From Candidatus Poribacteria bacterium (lineage in GTDB: Bacteria > Poribacteria > WGA-4E > WGA-3G): 64,000 nucleotides of DNA. This document shows positions 1 through 9,475 of the stretch, piece by piece. The notes under the pieces were generated by a model. That model saw only the letters and a program-made list of their open reading frames with translations, had not been told where the DNA came from and did no database searches. The DNA lies in assembly GCA_965242965.1 (NCBI GenBank), contig OZ251518.1:1600001-1664000 (forward strand), in the 5' to 3' direction. Each line of letters begins with the position of its first letter. Within the stretch, counting starts at the first letter, position 1. The position numbers and the translations under genes are program-made.

Positions 1-192
1 ACGCGGACCTGGCAAAACCTATTAAGGACCTAAAGGCCCTTAGTGTTCTTCGCGGGCGTGCGTGCTATAGACATTAAGGTCCTACGGACCTAAGAGACGT
101 TTTTTCATCGAGACCAAGAGGCTCTCCCACGGGCACATCGCTTGCATCGGGACCGGAAGGGCTCTCCGAAACGGAGTTATGAAACACCCTCA
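1..192. mobile_element. Right part of a REP/MITE cassette ending in the terminal inverted repeat TTATGAAACACCCTC
   Basis: AGGTCC-N3/4-GGACCT/CTATAGACAT module plus GAGACC-type REP, ending in gagttatgaaacaccctca (174-192). The left part is off-window. Confidence 0.75.
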
Positions 193-234
193 TGTTGACT
201 TGTCAATGGACAATATGTGAGGAGAATATGTGAT

Positions 235-1131
235 ATGAAAAATTGCAAACTCAGTTACTTCTGCCTTACCCTCGGCCTGGCCGTTTTCATCGTTGCGTGC
301 GGCACGCAAAACGAAAATCTCTCCAAAGGGAAGGAGTTGCTTAAGTCCGATAAACGGCGAAAAGAGGAGCGCGCCGTGCGAGAATTTAAATTGGCTGTCC
401 AACAACAGCCGGCTATCGCCGAAGCGCACTATCTGCTCGGTTTTTACGACTCACAGGAGTTTTATGAATCGGGGACATCGGCGTGGGAGAAAGCCTCGAT
501 TGCGGCACGCGGCAACCACATGTTCCGGGCATATCAAGCGGAGCAGCGTAAATACCTTGAGATGCTCATCTTTGAGACGCTCCGAGACGATGACCTGGAT
601 GTTCAGAACGCCGCGCTGGTGGCACTCCAGCAGGTATACCGCAAAGGGGACCGGAACCGACTCCTCAGCCAACTCGAAAAAGCGATGAAATCTAATGACA
701 ACCGCGACCGGCACGATGCACACTGGGTGCTAGGCCACCTCGGCAAGGAGGACCCGGGCACGCTCGTCCCCATCTTGGTGAAACTGCTGGACCACGGTAG
801 AATGGAAACCCGCCTGAACGCCGTTAAAGCACTCGGCGAAGTCGGAAGCGAACAGGCAATTCCTGCACTCGCCGCGCTGATCGAATCGGGTTCGGCGAGA
901 TGGGCACGGGACCGGGAGGAGCCTGAGGTGCGGCAGCTCGCCGTGGCGGCACTCGGCAAAATCGGCGGGGCTGCGGTGCCGGAACTCGTCAAAATTGTGA
1001 AGAATAAAGGTTCGTCTTTACGTGTTGATGCCATCCGCGCCTTGTCCACCCTCGGCGATGAAAAAGCGGTGGTGCCGTTATTAGATGCACTAAAGGCGCA
1101 GAGCAGCCGGGAAGTCGTGGTTCCGAAATAA
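235..1131 (+). CDS. HEAT-repeat lipoprotein with N-terminal TPR-like segment
   Basis: RBS gaggag; lipobox IVAC; repeated 'R..AV.ALG.IG...AVP.L...L' HEAT units. Confidence 0.8.
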   Translation: MKNCKLSYFCLTLGLAVFIVACGTQNENLSKGKELLKSDKRRKEERAVREFKLAVQQQPAIAEAHYLLGFYDSQEFYESGTSAWEKASIAARGNHMFRAYQAEQRKYLEMLIFETLRDDDLDVQNAALVALQQVYRKGDRNRLLSQLEKAMKSNDNRDRHDAHWVLGHLGKEDPGTLVPILVKLLDHGRMETRLNAVKALGEVGSEQAIPALAALIESGSARWARDREEPEVRQLAVAALGKIGGAAVPELVKIVKNKGSSLRVDAIRALSTLGDEKAVVPLLDALKAQSSREVVVPK

Positions 1132-1139
1132 TGAAGCGG

Positions 1140-1275
1140 TATCGTGCTGTAGGCGAGACCTCCTGGTCTCGATGCAACGTAGGCATCGCGCACCGCGATA
1201 TCGGGACAGGGATGTCCCTCCTACCGGGAGTGCGGTATTGGGCTGTAGGCGAGACCTCCTGGTCTCGATGCACAC
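1140..1275. repeat. REP cluster (two GTAG-GCGAGACC-TCCT-GGTCTCG units plus one GGGACA-GGAT-GTCCC-TCCTAC unit)
   Basis: Same palindromes recur throughout the window. Confidence 0.8.
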
Positions 1276-1282
1276 GCCGGGG

Positions 1283-1541
1283 GAATCGCGCATTCTCCTA
1301 TCGGCATAAGAAGAATACACTCACGTTATCGGAACGTGAGTATCACTGCGGTGCTTGTGGTTTACGGGTAGCCCGAGACCTGAACGCCGCTATGAACTTG
1401 AACCCCGTCGCCGCTGGTTTGACGGAGACATAAAACGACTGTGGAGCGAAGGTAAGCCCGCGCTTGGCTGCCCGCAGTAACTTCAGAAATCGGACAGATT
1501 CTCGTAGATTGGACGAGATATATCTAGATTTCAGGGAACAG
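1283..1541 (+). pseudogene. tnpB: IS605/IS607-family TnpB C-terminal zinc-ribbon remnant plus probable right end / omegaRNA region
   Basis: HKKNTLTLSEREYHCGACGLRVARDLNAAMNL matches the TnpB C-terminus (CxxCG...RDxNAA). It is followed by aaacgactgtggag and AGAT-rich subterminal repeats. No N-terminus present. Confidence 0.75.
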
Positions 1542-1546
1542 TTTCT

Positions 1547-2998
1547 ATGCTAAAAACATTTGCGTCCCGAAATCCAAACGCCTATTTTCAGGGATTTATT
1601 TTGCCGTTCTTCTTTCTCGCGCTTGTCTTCGGGCTCGGATGCGACAACCGCTATTACGACGAACGCATGCAAATGGAAGTTCAGCAACTTGACAGCGACC
1701 TCGAGAACCGCTGGTCTACTAGTGGTGTCGTCGTTTTGGCGACTACCGCGAACGGTCCGGCCGCCAAAGCGAATTTGGAGGTAGGCGAGCTCATCTCCTA
1801 TGTCATTGCGGAATATCCCATCCGAAGTGCCGGGGATTTCAACAGCGCGGTGAAAAAGGCGATCGATGATGATAATAACCTGGTCCTCTATATCAAGGAC
1901 AAACCGCCGATTCGCTTGGCTGTCCGCCGGCTTGGGGATAAGATTGGGTTGAAAGTTGAGGGGAGCGGCACTGTTCGCGTTACAGAGATTGAACATGGCA
2001 CTCCCGCCGCAAACTTGGCTATCCAGGTAGGCGACGTTATCGAAAAAGTGGTCGATGAACGGAAAATCTATAGTCTTGCCGACTATAAGAAAACGCTCGG
2101 TGACTTTTCAAAACTGCAGGTGACTTTCCGCACTTCGGAGCTCATCGGTGTGAAAATCGCCGCTGTCACCGCGCTCGGTGAGTTGGGGGATATGCGCGCT
2201 GTTGAGCCGCTGATGGATATCTTCACAAACAGTTCGGAACTCTCGCTCCGCAAAGCGGCTGTGAGCAGTTTAGAACGGCTTGTGGAATTGAGCGCGCTCA
2301 ATGAACTTTTCCAGCAATTCCAGACCGCGGATGTCAACCAACTTCCAGCGGATAGTCTGCAGATACAGGCACTTGAATCTGCTGCGATTTTGGGATTGCT
2401 CACCTTCGATCTTGCCGAAAACACGGCGACGCTGAAGGCACCCTTCGGCACGCAATTTCGGCATCGCGCCGCGGCACTCCATAAGAAAATCAACGAGGGA
2501 GACTTGGTGGAACTGACGCAGCGGTATATCCAACGGGAGATGGAGCCGGAACAGGAAATTCGGCGGGCATGCCTCTCCATGCTCGGTGTCCTGAAACCGG
2601 TATCCGCGATTGACGCGCTTGTCGCTGTCCTCAAAAACGCGGAGGAGGTTCCCGGTATCCGTTTCCAAGCGGGATTGGCACTTAGCCAGATCGGGGAGCC
2701 GGCTGTTGACGCGCTGATCGCTGCATTTGCAGGTGCAGACCCGAGCACGAAGGACATCGCTGTTTCTGCGCTCGGCGGTATCGGTAGCACGAAGGCACGC
2801 AACTTGCTTATTAACGCGCTAGAATCCGCCGAGGAACCGGCAATCCAGCTCACACTCGTTGATGCCATCGCAAAAATCGGCGATGCGCAGTCAGTGGAGG
2901 CATTGGAACGCCAGCGCGCCCGGTTCCAAGAAGACGACACCGGCATTCGCATCTTTCTGGACGAAGTTTTCAGGAATTTAGCGCGCAAGTCAATGTAA
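1547..2998 (+). CDS. Lipoprotein with two PDZ-like domains and HEAT repeats
   Basis: Lipobox LGC; 'GVVV....NGPAAKANLEVGELI' and 'VTEIEHGTPAANLAIQVGDVI' PDZ motifs; HEAT units in the C-terminal half. Confidence 0.8.
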   Translation: MLKTFASRNPNAYFQGFILPFFFLALVFGLGCDNRYYDERMQMEVQQLDSDLENRWSTSGVVVLATTANGPAAKANLEVGELISYVIAEYPIRSAGDFNSAVKKAIDDDNNLVLYIKDKPPIRLAVRRLGDKIGLKVEGSGTVRVTEIEHGTPAANLAIQVGDVIEKVVDERKIYSLADYKKTLGDFSKLQVTFRTSELIGVKIAAVTALGELGDMRAVEPLMDIFTNSSELSLRKAAVSSLERLVELSALNELFQQFQTADVNQLPADSLQIQALESAAILGLLTFDLAENTATLKAPFGTQFRHRAAALHKKINEGDLVELTQRYIQREMEPEQEIRRACLSMLGVLKPVSAIDALVAVLKNAEEVPGIRFQAGLALSQIGEPAVDALIAAFAGADPSTKDIAVSALGGIGSTKARNLLINALESAEEPAIQLTLVDAIAKIGDAQSVEALERQRARFQEDDTGIRIFLDEVFRNLARKSM

Positions 2999-3002
2999 TC
3001 CA

Positions 3003-3875
3003 GTGAAAATTGGACTCATTTCTGACCTGCACACGGACGCAACACCGCGCAATAAGGCACTCGTGCCGCATCTCATTAACGCCGTGAAAGCCGCTGAACT
3101 TGACGTGTTCGTCCTCGCCGGTGACCTGGCACGGCATCTCACGGAACTTTCGGAAACCCTCAACGCCTTTCATGAGGCTGAGTTGCCGTGTGAGAAGGTG
3201 TTCGTCCCTGGCAATCACGACATCTGGGCAATTGAGACACCGAATGTCACCAGCACGCAGAAGTGCCAGATTATCTCAAACCTCTGTCGTGAATGCGGGT
3301 TTCATCCGCTCATGGCGGCACCGTTTGTGAAAACAGAGAACGCGGGGTTACAAACGCTATCTACTGATGAGGCAGTTGGCTTCTGTGGCACTATCGGTTG
3401 GTATGATTATTCGTTTGCGCCGGAAGGTTACGACTTCGCCGATGCGCAATATGCCGAAAAACAACTGATGGGTGCTGTCTGGAATGATAAGCGATATGCG
3501 AAGTGGGGATACACCGATCTCGCCGTAACGCGCCGATTTGCAGAAAAACTGCGCAAACAGATTGCGGCTATCCGCGGGGAGGTATCGCGCCTCATCGTCG
3601 TTATGCATCACGTGCCGTTTCGGGAGTGCATCCGATACCAAAGGAAATTACCGTGGGACTTTTTCCGCGCGTTCATGGGAAGCGTGCGGTTCGGCGAAAT
3701 CTGCTTGCAGGAACCGCTTGTCACGCATGTCCTCTTTGGGCATACGCATCGGGCTATTGACATGCAGATTGGCAGTGTCAGGGCACTTTGCGCGCCGATC
3801 GGTTACCTGCACGAAGAACCGCCATCTGGATTGCAGGCGTATGCTGAAAGTCGGCTGACCTGTTTCTCGGTTTGA
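3003..3875 (+). CDS. Calcineurin-like metallophosphoesterase
   Basis: SDLH, AGD, GNHD, HH and GHTH motifs. Confidence 0.9.
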   Translation: MKIGLISDLHTDATPRNKALVPHLINAVKAAELDVFVLAGDLARHLTELSETLNAFHEAELPCEKVFVPGNHDIWAIETPNVTSTQKCQIISNLCRECGFHPLMAAPFVKTENAGLQTLSTDEAVGFCGTIGWYDYSFAPEGYDFADAQYAEKQLMGAVWNDKRYAKWGYTDLAVTRRFAEKLRKQIAAIRGEVSRLIVVMHHVPFRECIRYQRKLPWDFFRAFMGSVRFGEICLQEPLVTHVLFGHTHRAIDMQIGSVRALCAPIGYLHEEPPSGLQAYAESRLTCFSV

Positions 3876-3925
3876 GTTCGCGCTGCGCGCGTAGCGGGTT
3901 CGCCGCCGTAAAAAGGAGAAAAAAT

Positions 3926-4285
3926 ATGGAGATAACCTTAACCAATAGTAACGAAGCCGGTGCCCTTGAATTTCCGTGGGGTGCGATCAAATGGCTTTGC
4001 AATGACCAGATCGATCCGGACGCTGCGATGACCTTCGGGATTGTTTACATTAACGCAGGTGAAGGTAATCCGACGCATTACCACCCTAATTGTGAGGAGC
4101 TCATCTACGTCCTCTCCGGCGAGTGTGACCACAAGTTGGGAGACGAAGTTATCCCGCTTAAACCGGGGATGATGTTGCGAATTCCGCGCAACGTCAAACA
4201 CAACGCTGTCAATACCGGATGGCAACCAGTCACGATGATTATCTGCTATTCGGATGCCGACCGGCAGACTATCTTCTGCGAGTAG
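3926..4285 (+). CDS. Cupin domain protein
   Basis: RBS aaggag; HYHPNCEELIYVLSG and PRNVKH cupin motifs. Confidence 0.88.
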   Translation: MEITLTNSNEAGALEFPWGAIKWLCNDQIDPDAAMTFGIVYINAGEGNPTHYHPNCEELIYVLSGECDHKLGDEVIPLKPGMMLRIPRNVKHNAVNTGWQPVTMIICYSDADRQTIFCE

Positions 4286-4626
4286 GCGCGGCTCTCGGGC
4301 TCGCTGTGCGTATCGGGACAAGGATGTCCCTCCTACCCGAAACGAGGCACACCCGTAGGAGAGACCTCGGGGCTCGATGCAATAGCCCTCCCGGTCTTGA
4401 TGTGCGTATCGGGACAAGGATGTCCCTCCTACCCGAAACGATGCACACCCGTAGGAGAGACCTCCTGGTCTCGATTCCCCGCATTTCGGTTATATTCGGT
4501 GCGTGGCGAGGGACAGGCCCTCGCCCTACGGTATATTGGCATGGCGCGGGAAAGGCGTTGGGGAAACGGAATCGTTCCGGGTATCATGAAACCATTTTGA
4601 CAACAATGAGTTAGGAAACACCCTCA
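4283..4626. mobile_element. REP cassette with internal ~78-bp tandem duplication, ending in a long-form right terminal repeat
   Basis: Duplicated gtgcgtatcgggacaaggatgtccctcctacccgaaacga; terminal ~66 bp (4561-4626) matches 63206-63271 and the reverse complement of 58503-58568. Confidence 0.75.
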
Positions 4627-4645
4627 TAAAATTAGGATTTTAGAC

Positions 4646-5335
4646 ATGTCCAAAAAGACACGATGCCGCGTCAAAATCTGCGGCATCACCTCAGTCCATG
4701 ATGCACACCTCGCCGCCGATGCCGGTGCCGATTACGCCGGTGTGCTTGTCGATGTAGCGGCCTCAGAACGCTCCCGGTCCGCAGCGCAAGCCGTGGAAAT
4801 TGCCAAAGGGAGCCCGATTCCGACGGTGCTTTTACTCTTCAATCGCACTACGGCGGACATCTGCGATGCCGTGTCGCGGATTAACCCGTTCGCTGTGCAA
4901 CTCCTTGCGCAGGAATCGCCACAACAGGTTGAGACGTTGAAACGCAAGGTGGAGTGCCAGCTCTGGAAATCTGTCTATCTCCCCGCGGGCAGTCGAGAGA
5001 ACGTGGATGTCCGCGCCGTTCGCGCCGAGATGGCCGCCTATCGCGATGCAGGTGCCGATTTCCTGCTCTTTGACACCGTGGATATGAGTCTTGAGAAGCC
5101 GCGATACGGCGGCACCGGCAAAACCTGTGATTGGCACGTTGCAGGTGAACTTATCGCGGAGAGCCCGCTGCCTGTTTTCTTCGCCGGCGGTATTCGTCCG
5201 GAGAATGTCAGCGCGGCGATTGAGACGATCCGGCCGCACGGCATCGACCTCTGCTCCGGTGTAGAGGCATCGAAAGGCGTTAAAGATAAGGCGAAATTGG
5301 AGAAGTTGATGGCGGCGGTGCAAAAAACTTCTTGA
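4646..5335 (+). CDS. trpF: Phosphoribosylanthranilate isomerase
   Basis: VKICGIT, GGTGKTCDW, FAGGIRPENV and DLCSGVE motifs. Confidence 0.88.
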   Translation: MSKKTRCRVKICGITSVHDAHLAADAGADYAGVLVDVAASERSRSAAQAVEIAKGSPIPTVLLLFNRTTADICDAVSRINPFAVQLLAQESPQQVETLKRKVECQLWKSVYLPAGSRENVDVRAVRAEMAAYRDAGADFLLFDTVDMSLEKPRYGGTGKTCDWHVAGELIAESPLPVFFAGGIRPENVSAAIETIRPHGIDLCSGVEASKGVKDKAKLEKLMAAVQKTS

Positions 5336-5360
5336 ATTTTCTCACAATTTTTGTTATCAT
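5332..5360 (+). promoter_or_regulatory. sigma70-type promoter for the 5570 gene
   Basis: TTGAAT-17 nt-TATCAT with extended TG; imperfect palindrome ttttaacttgt...acatgttaaaa just downstream (5377-5405). Confidence 0.45.
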
Positions 5361-5569
5361 TATTCCAGAGAAATCGTTTTTAACTTGTGTCATAACATGT
5401 TAAAAGCACTTGCGCAGAAAACCGGCGTAAGCGCGGTTCATGAAGTTTCAGGAACGAATGCAGGCGTTCTCGGCAGGCGGATGTCTCTGAGCTGCCTTGG
5501 TATCTCTTGAGTCTTCACAAACTGCGCCTCCGGGCTGTGCGTCAACTTTGGCAAAAAAAGGAGATTAAT

Positions 5570-6304
5570 ATGAAAATCAACGTGCATTGGTTAACCACTC
5601 TTTTGGTAATCGTATGTATCATGTCCGTTTCGGGTTTTTCGGTGGCTTTCGCGGATGGCCATGAGGCGGCTGAAGAAAGTCACGCCGAGCACGAAGAGAG
5701 TGCAGAGGCGGAGGAAAAGTCCAGCATTCCTGGCTGGTTCCGCGTGGATACCGATTCGCTGGGGACGAACTTCCTCATCGGTGCCACGCATGTTGTTGGC
5801 GGTATCCCGCTGGCTTCTACTATCTACATTGGCGAAACGCGTGGCGAGTATGACCTCGGTGTTGTCGTTCCGGTTGTGAAAGGCGAAAGCACGAGTCTCA
5901 CCCTGCTGCCGACGCTCGGTGTTGGGTTTGACTATTCCGGCGCGAACGGCCCCTCGACACTCTTTCCGCAGATGTTTGTTTTCCTCCCTGCAGGGAAACT
6001 CTATTTCCAATCGTGGACGATCGCGACGTTGTTTCTACCGTCTTACTCAGAAGACGCAACAAACACGATTTATTTCCGGAACCGGCTCACCTATCGGATT
6101 AACGATACCGTAGATCTTGGCCCGCAAGCCGAGGCAGTTTACCTTTTTGACGGTATTGGGGTAGTCAGTTTCATCATCGGCGGGCGAATTAACATCGCTT
6201 ACGGTGAAAACAACACCCTCGGAGTCCTTGTCGGCTATGATCTTGAAAAAGGCGATGACGACACCGGGATTACGGGTAGGTTAAGTTTCACCCGCACGTG
6301 GTAG
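5570..6304 (+). CDS. Putative outer-membrane beta-barrel protein, paralog of 8740-9459
   Basis: RBS aaggag; signal peptide ending AFA-DGHE; acidic linker; amphipathic beta-strands; C-terminal FTRTW. Confidence 0.7.
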   Translation: MKINVHWLTTLLVIVCIMSVSGFSVAFADGHEAAEESHAEHEESAEAEEKSSIPGWFRVDTDSLGTNFLIGATHVVGGIPLASTIYIGETRGEYDLGVVVPVVKGESTSLTLLPTLGVGFDYSGANGPSTLFPQMFVFLPAGKLYFQSWTIATLFLPSYSEDATNTIYFRNRLTYRINDTVDLGPQAEAVYLFDGIGVVSFIIGGRINIAYGENNTLGVLVGYDLEKGDDDTGITGRLSFTRTW

Positions 6305-6330
6305 TCTCGTTGGACTTCCGCATATCTGTA

Positions 6331-6359
6331 AGGCGAGGGCATCAGCCCTCGCCTTTTTT
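6331..6359 (+). terminator. Intrinsic terminator
   Basis: aggcgagggc-atca-gccctcgcct followed by a T-tract. Confidence 0.8.
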
Positions 6360-6404
6360 GGTATTGGCACTTATAGGCAAGCGTGCATGCGCTTAATCCG
6401 TTCG

Positions 6405-6840
6405 GAATCGTAGGGCGAGGGCCTGTCCCTCGCCATGCCAAGCGGTGCCTGCTCCCGACATCGTAGGGTGAGGGCCTGTCCCTCGCCATGCCAAGTACGT
6501 GGGGCAAGACATGAGCAGGATTTCCACGATTTCCAAGATTAGCAAGATTATAGGGATTGGGGAAACTGCAATGTGATGAGCACGGCCGCCGCATCTACCG
6601 TAGCGCGGGGGCCTGTCCCCCGCGATCGCGCTCACCTACCGTAGCGCGGGGGCCTGTCCCCCGCGATCTCTCGCGTGCCCCAGGGCCTGGCGAGGGACAG
6701 GCACGCGTCCGTGAAAAACACGGTATTGCATCGAGACCGGGAGGTCTCTCCTACCGGACCGTTCGCCACCGCTGTCCGGCACGGCGAGAAAGCAACTGTA
6801 GTTCGGGAGCACCTGCACCCGAACGGACAAGCGCAGAAAC
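6405..6840. repeat. REP cluster with several GTAG families plus 9-bp (caagattag/caggatt) repeats
   Basis: gtagggcgagggcctgtccctcgcc x2, gtagcgcgggggcctgtcccccgcg x2, gtagttcgggagcacc.. Confidence 0.85.
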
Positions 6841-6843
6841 GCC

Positions 6844-8373
6844 TTACTCCAACAAATAGAGGTGAATCGTCCGGTCTTTCGCCCGAGAGAAGGTCGCGAA
6901 CGTATGAACTATCCGTCCGCGCTGCCGAATCCACTCACGCACTTTCTTTTTCGCATCGAACACGTTGAAACTCCCCGCGTCCACGACGAACCACAAGCGA
7001 TGTTCACTAGATACCCACCGCCTCTCAAACGCTTCCACGTCTTTTAGCATTTCGCTGATGTGAATCGCTTCCAATTCGGGGAGGTAATATGTCCCCATCT
7101 CTGGTTCTGAAATCACCATTTTATCGGTAGGCATTTGATGTGTGCGGATAACATCAAACGTCTCTCGCCATCTGGGTCTGCCGCCGTTTTCAAGGTTAAA
7201 ATAGAGATAGACGTGCGCTGCCAAGTTCATCATCAGGATGCATGGCAGGAGCGCGCTAAGGAACGTGCTTCCCAATTTGGTATAGAACCGTTCACACGCG
7301 ACCGCGGCAAGGAGGAAATACGCCGGGGTTGTCCAAAACAGATAGTAGCCCGCGACATTTTGGAACTGTGCGGCAATCAAAAAGAGCAGCAGCGGCACAC
7401 CGGCATAACAGACCAGAAACCGAGTAGGACGATGAGACAGGGCGGCAACGCCTCCAAAGAAACCGGTAACAGGCGGCCCCTCCTGTCCCGATGTTCCGGT
7501 AGGAGAGACCTCCCGGTCTCGATTCTTTCCCGTAGGAGAGACCTCCCGGTCTCGACATCCCCCGCAACCTACGACACCTCCAAAGAAAGCGGCAACAGCT
7601 ACCGGAACACTCACGCCTTGGACAAGCGTCAGCACAATGTAGAGCGGACTGCGACTCCATTCGTTGAGCCCCCAACCGGAGAAGAGGTACCCGTGAATTT
7701 TCGGGTGCGCGAGTGCCAGCACAGGGATAGCAAACGGCGCGAAAAAAAGGAGCAGATTGAGACTAGTTTTCCTACTGTTGAGGCGCGAACGGCGGGACAG
7801 CACTGCATAAACCGCTAACGCTGGCACCATAAACGCCGCGAGGAGATGCGATAGGATTAGACAGATACAGGTGAGAAGCGCGCCTAATGTCAACAGCGTG
7901 GAATGCCGTTCTAGCGAGAGATAGAAGAGCCACGCCGTTAACGCCGCGAAAAAAAATGTCCAGATGTAGGAACAACGCGCGTTCTGTGTCCAAAACAGAT
8001 GCCAACTGGAGAGTGCCACCAACGCCGCTGCTAGAAGCCCAACCCGCCTATTGAAGAGCGTCCTTCCCAAACCGAAAATGACAGGAATGGAGAGGATACC
8101 TACCATGCAAGGAATGAGGCGACTTCCCCATTCGCTATCGCCTGCAAGGACGATGGAGAGCTTTACCGCCAGATACGGAATCGGATTAATCGGCGAGTTG
8201 ACTAGCGTGAATTGCTGTGCATCCAACACCATGAAGACTTCGTCTTTCCAGAAACTCCACTCGCCTAGATTCCAGAAGCGGAGCAGCGCGCCGATGATAA
8301 CTACGGTGCTTAACAGCGGCGCGGCTAGCAATTGCAAGTTTTTTTGGCAATGTTTTGATGAAAATTTCAGCAT
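6844..8373 (-). CDS. GT-C fold (GT39/ArnT-like) membrane glycosyltransferase carrying a 42-aa REP-derived insertion; start uncertain
   Basis: LLRFWNLGEWSFWKDE motif, SEWGSRL, multiple TM helices. Confidence 0.82.
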   Translation of the reverse strand: MLKFSSKHCQKNLQLLAAPLLSTVVIIGALLRFWNLGEWSFWKDEVFMVLDAQQFTLVNSPINPIPYLAVKLSIVLAGDSEWGSRLIPCMVGILSIPVIFGLGRTLFNRRVGLLAAALVALSSWHLFWTQNARCSYIWTFFFAALTAWLFYLSLERHSTLLTLGALLTCICLILSHLLAAFMVPALAVYAVLSRRSRLNSRKTSLNLLLFFAPFAIPVLALAHPKIHGYLFSGWGLNEWSRSPLYIVLTLVQGVSVPVAVAAFFGGVVGCGGCRDREVSPTGKNRDREVSPTGTSGQEGPPVTGFFGGVAALSHRPTRFLVCYAGVPLLLFLIAAQFQNVAGYYLFWTTPAYFLLAAVACERFYTKLGSTFLSALLPCILMMNLAAHVYLYFNLENGGRPRWRETFDVIRTHQMPTDKMVISEPEMGTYYLPELEAIHISEMLKDVEAFERRWVSSEHRLWFVVDAGSFNVFDAKKKVREWIRQRGRIVHTFATFSRAKDRTIHLYLLE

Positions 8374-8482
8374 TTTTAACTGTAGTTTGTCTCTTTTGAG
8401 TGACGATGCGCATCGGCGATTTTTTAGAAAACCCGACAGCTGCAAGCATCTCAGCACGTATTTCCATCCTCGCAACGGTAAT

Positions 8483-8498
8483 TGGCATACATTTTGCT
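8483..8498 (+). promoter_or_regulatory. sigma54 (-24/-12) promoter upstream of the beta-barrel/amt operon
   Basis: TGGCAT-ACATT-TTGCT, with exact GG-N10-GC spacing. Confidence 0.6.
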
Positions 8499-8739
8499 TA
8501 AACAGCAATAGGTGCTATTAGTCCTAGAAACATTTAGTTTTCGATTTTGGCTTCCGAAACGAAAAAAAAGATGAGAACTGAATCGTTCTGCTATTAGTGC
8601 CGTCTAGATTGAAATATATCACAAATTGGTGCCGGTATCAAGACAAATCTGGCACATTTTCGTTCAACGCGCATCGGCGCGCTTTTGGACGCTATTAACG
8701 GGCAAGGGAGTTACCTCTGCCCCATAAAAGGAGAATTTA

Positions 8740-9459
8740 ATGAAAAGTAAAGCGTTTGGGTTAACCCAATTGTTGGCAATCGTATGCATGTTGGCAGTCG
8801 TCTGCATCCCCCCTGTCTACGCAGACGGCCACGAAATGGGGGAAGAGATGGAAGCGGCAGAGGCAGAAGAATCAAGCACTTCCGGCTGGTTCCGCATTGA
8901 TACGGACGGCTTGGCGACGCAATTCTGGTTCGGTGCCAGCCACTCCCTCGGCAGTATTTCGCTGGATAGCGATATTTACGTCGTGGATACCTTCGGTGAA
9001 TTTGACATCGGACTCGGCATTCCTGTGGTTGACAGCGATGACATGTCGCTGAGCCTCTTGCCCATGGTAGGCATAGGCTTTGACTACACCTCGCCGAACG
9101 GGCCTTCTTCGCTTATCGCGCCACAGTTGTTTACGTATCTCACTGCCGGTTCTATCTATTTTGAATCGTGGATTCAGGGGTTCTTCAATTCCCCATTTGA
9201 TGAGGAGGCGACAGATGCGCTGTATACGCGCGATTTTATCCTCTATTCGATTAACGACACCGTCGCCATCGGCCCGCAAGTGGAATTAACGTTTGATTTA
9301 GGCGATGACAGTGGGCTCGGCAGTTTGATTGCCGGCGGCCGCCTTAACCTCGGCTATGGCGAAAATAACACCCTCGGGCTGTTCGTCGGGTATGAAACGC
9401 AAAAAGAGGACGAGGATACCGGGCTGACCGGGCGGATGACGTTCGTCCGCACGTGGTAG
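8740..9459 (+). CDS. Putative outer-membrane beta-barrel protein co-transcribed with amt
   Basis: RBS aaggag; signal peptide VYA-DGHE; C-terminal FVRTW; 16 bp upstream of amt. Confidence 0.7.
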   Translation: MKSKAFGLTQLLAIVCMLAVVCIPPVYADGHEMGEEMEAAEAEESSTSGWFRIDTDGLATQFWFGASHSLGSISLDSDIYVVDTFGEFDIGLGIPVVDSDDMSLSLLPMVGIGFDYTSPNGPSSLIAPQLFTYLTAGSIYFESWIQGFFNSPFDEEATDALYTRDFILYSINDTVAIGPQVELTFDLGDDSGLGSLIAGGRLNLGYGENNTLGLFVGYETQKEDEDTGLTGRMTFVRTW

Positions 9460-9475
9460 CAAGGAGATATCTAAC

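Noticed and set aside
2083-2988. Long antisense ORFs (e.g. 2083-2988, 16198-16905, 23288-24070, 28229-28984)
   Set aside because: Shadow frames of well-supported genes in GC-rich DNA.
235-2998. A single HEAT gene split by the IS remnant
   Set aside because: Each ORF has its own lipoprotein signal peptide, so they are two genes.
6366-6381. sigma54-like TGGCAC...GGCAA
   Set aside because: GG-GC spacing is 9 rather than 10, and no gene lies downstream on that strand.
6393-6968. Many 60-120-aa ORFs containing RGTGPR / GDRPPRYG / RDREVSPT here and in other intergenic gaps
   Set aside because: These are translations of stop-poor REP palindromes, with no RBS or domain evidence.
8655-8730. Glutamine (glnA) riboswitch before the barrel/amt operon
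   Set aside because: Only a cgttca fragment is present; the conserved GGAAG/GAAG junction elements were not found.
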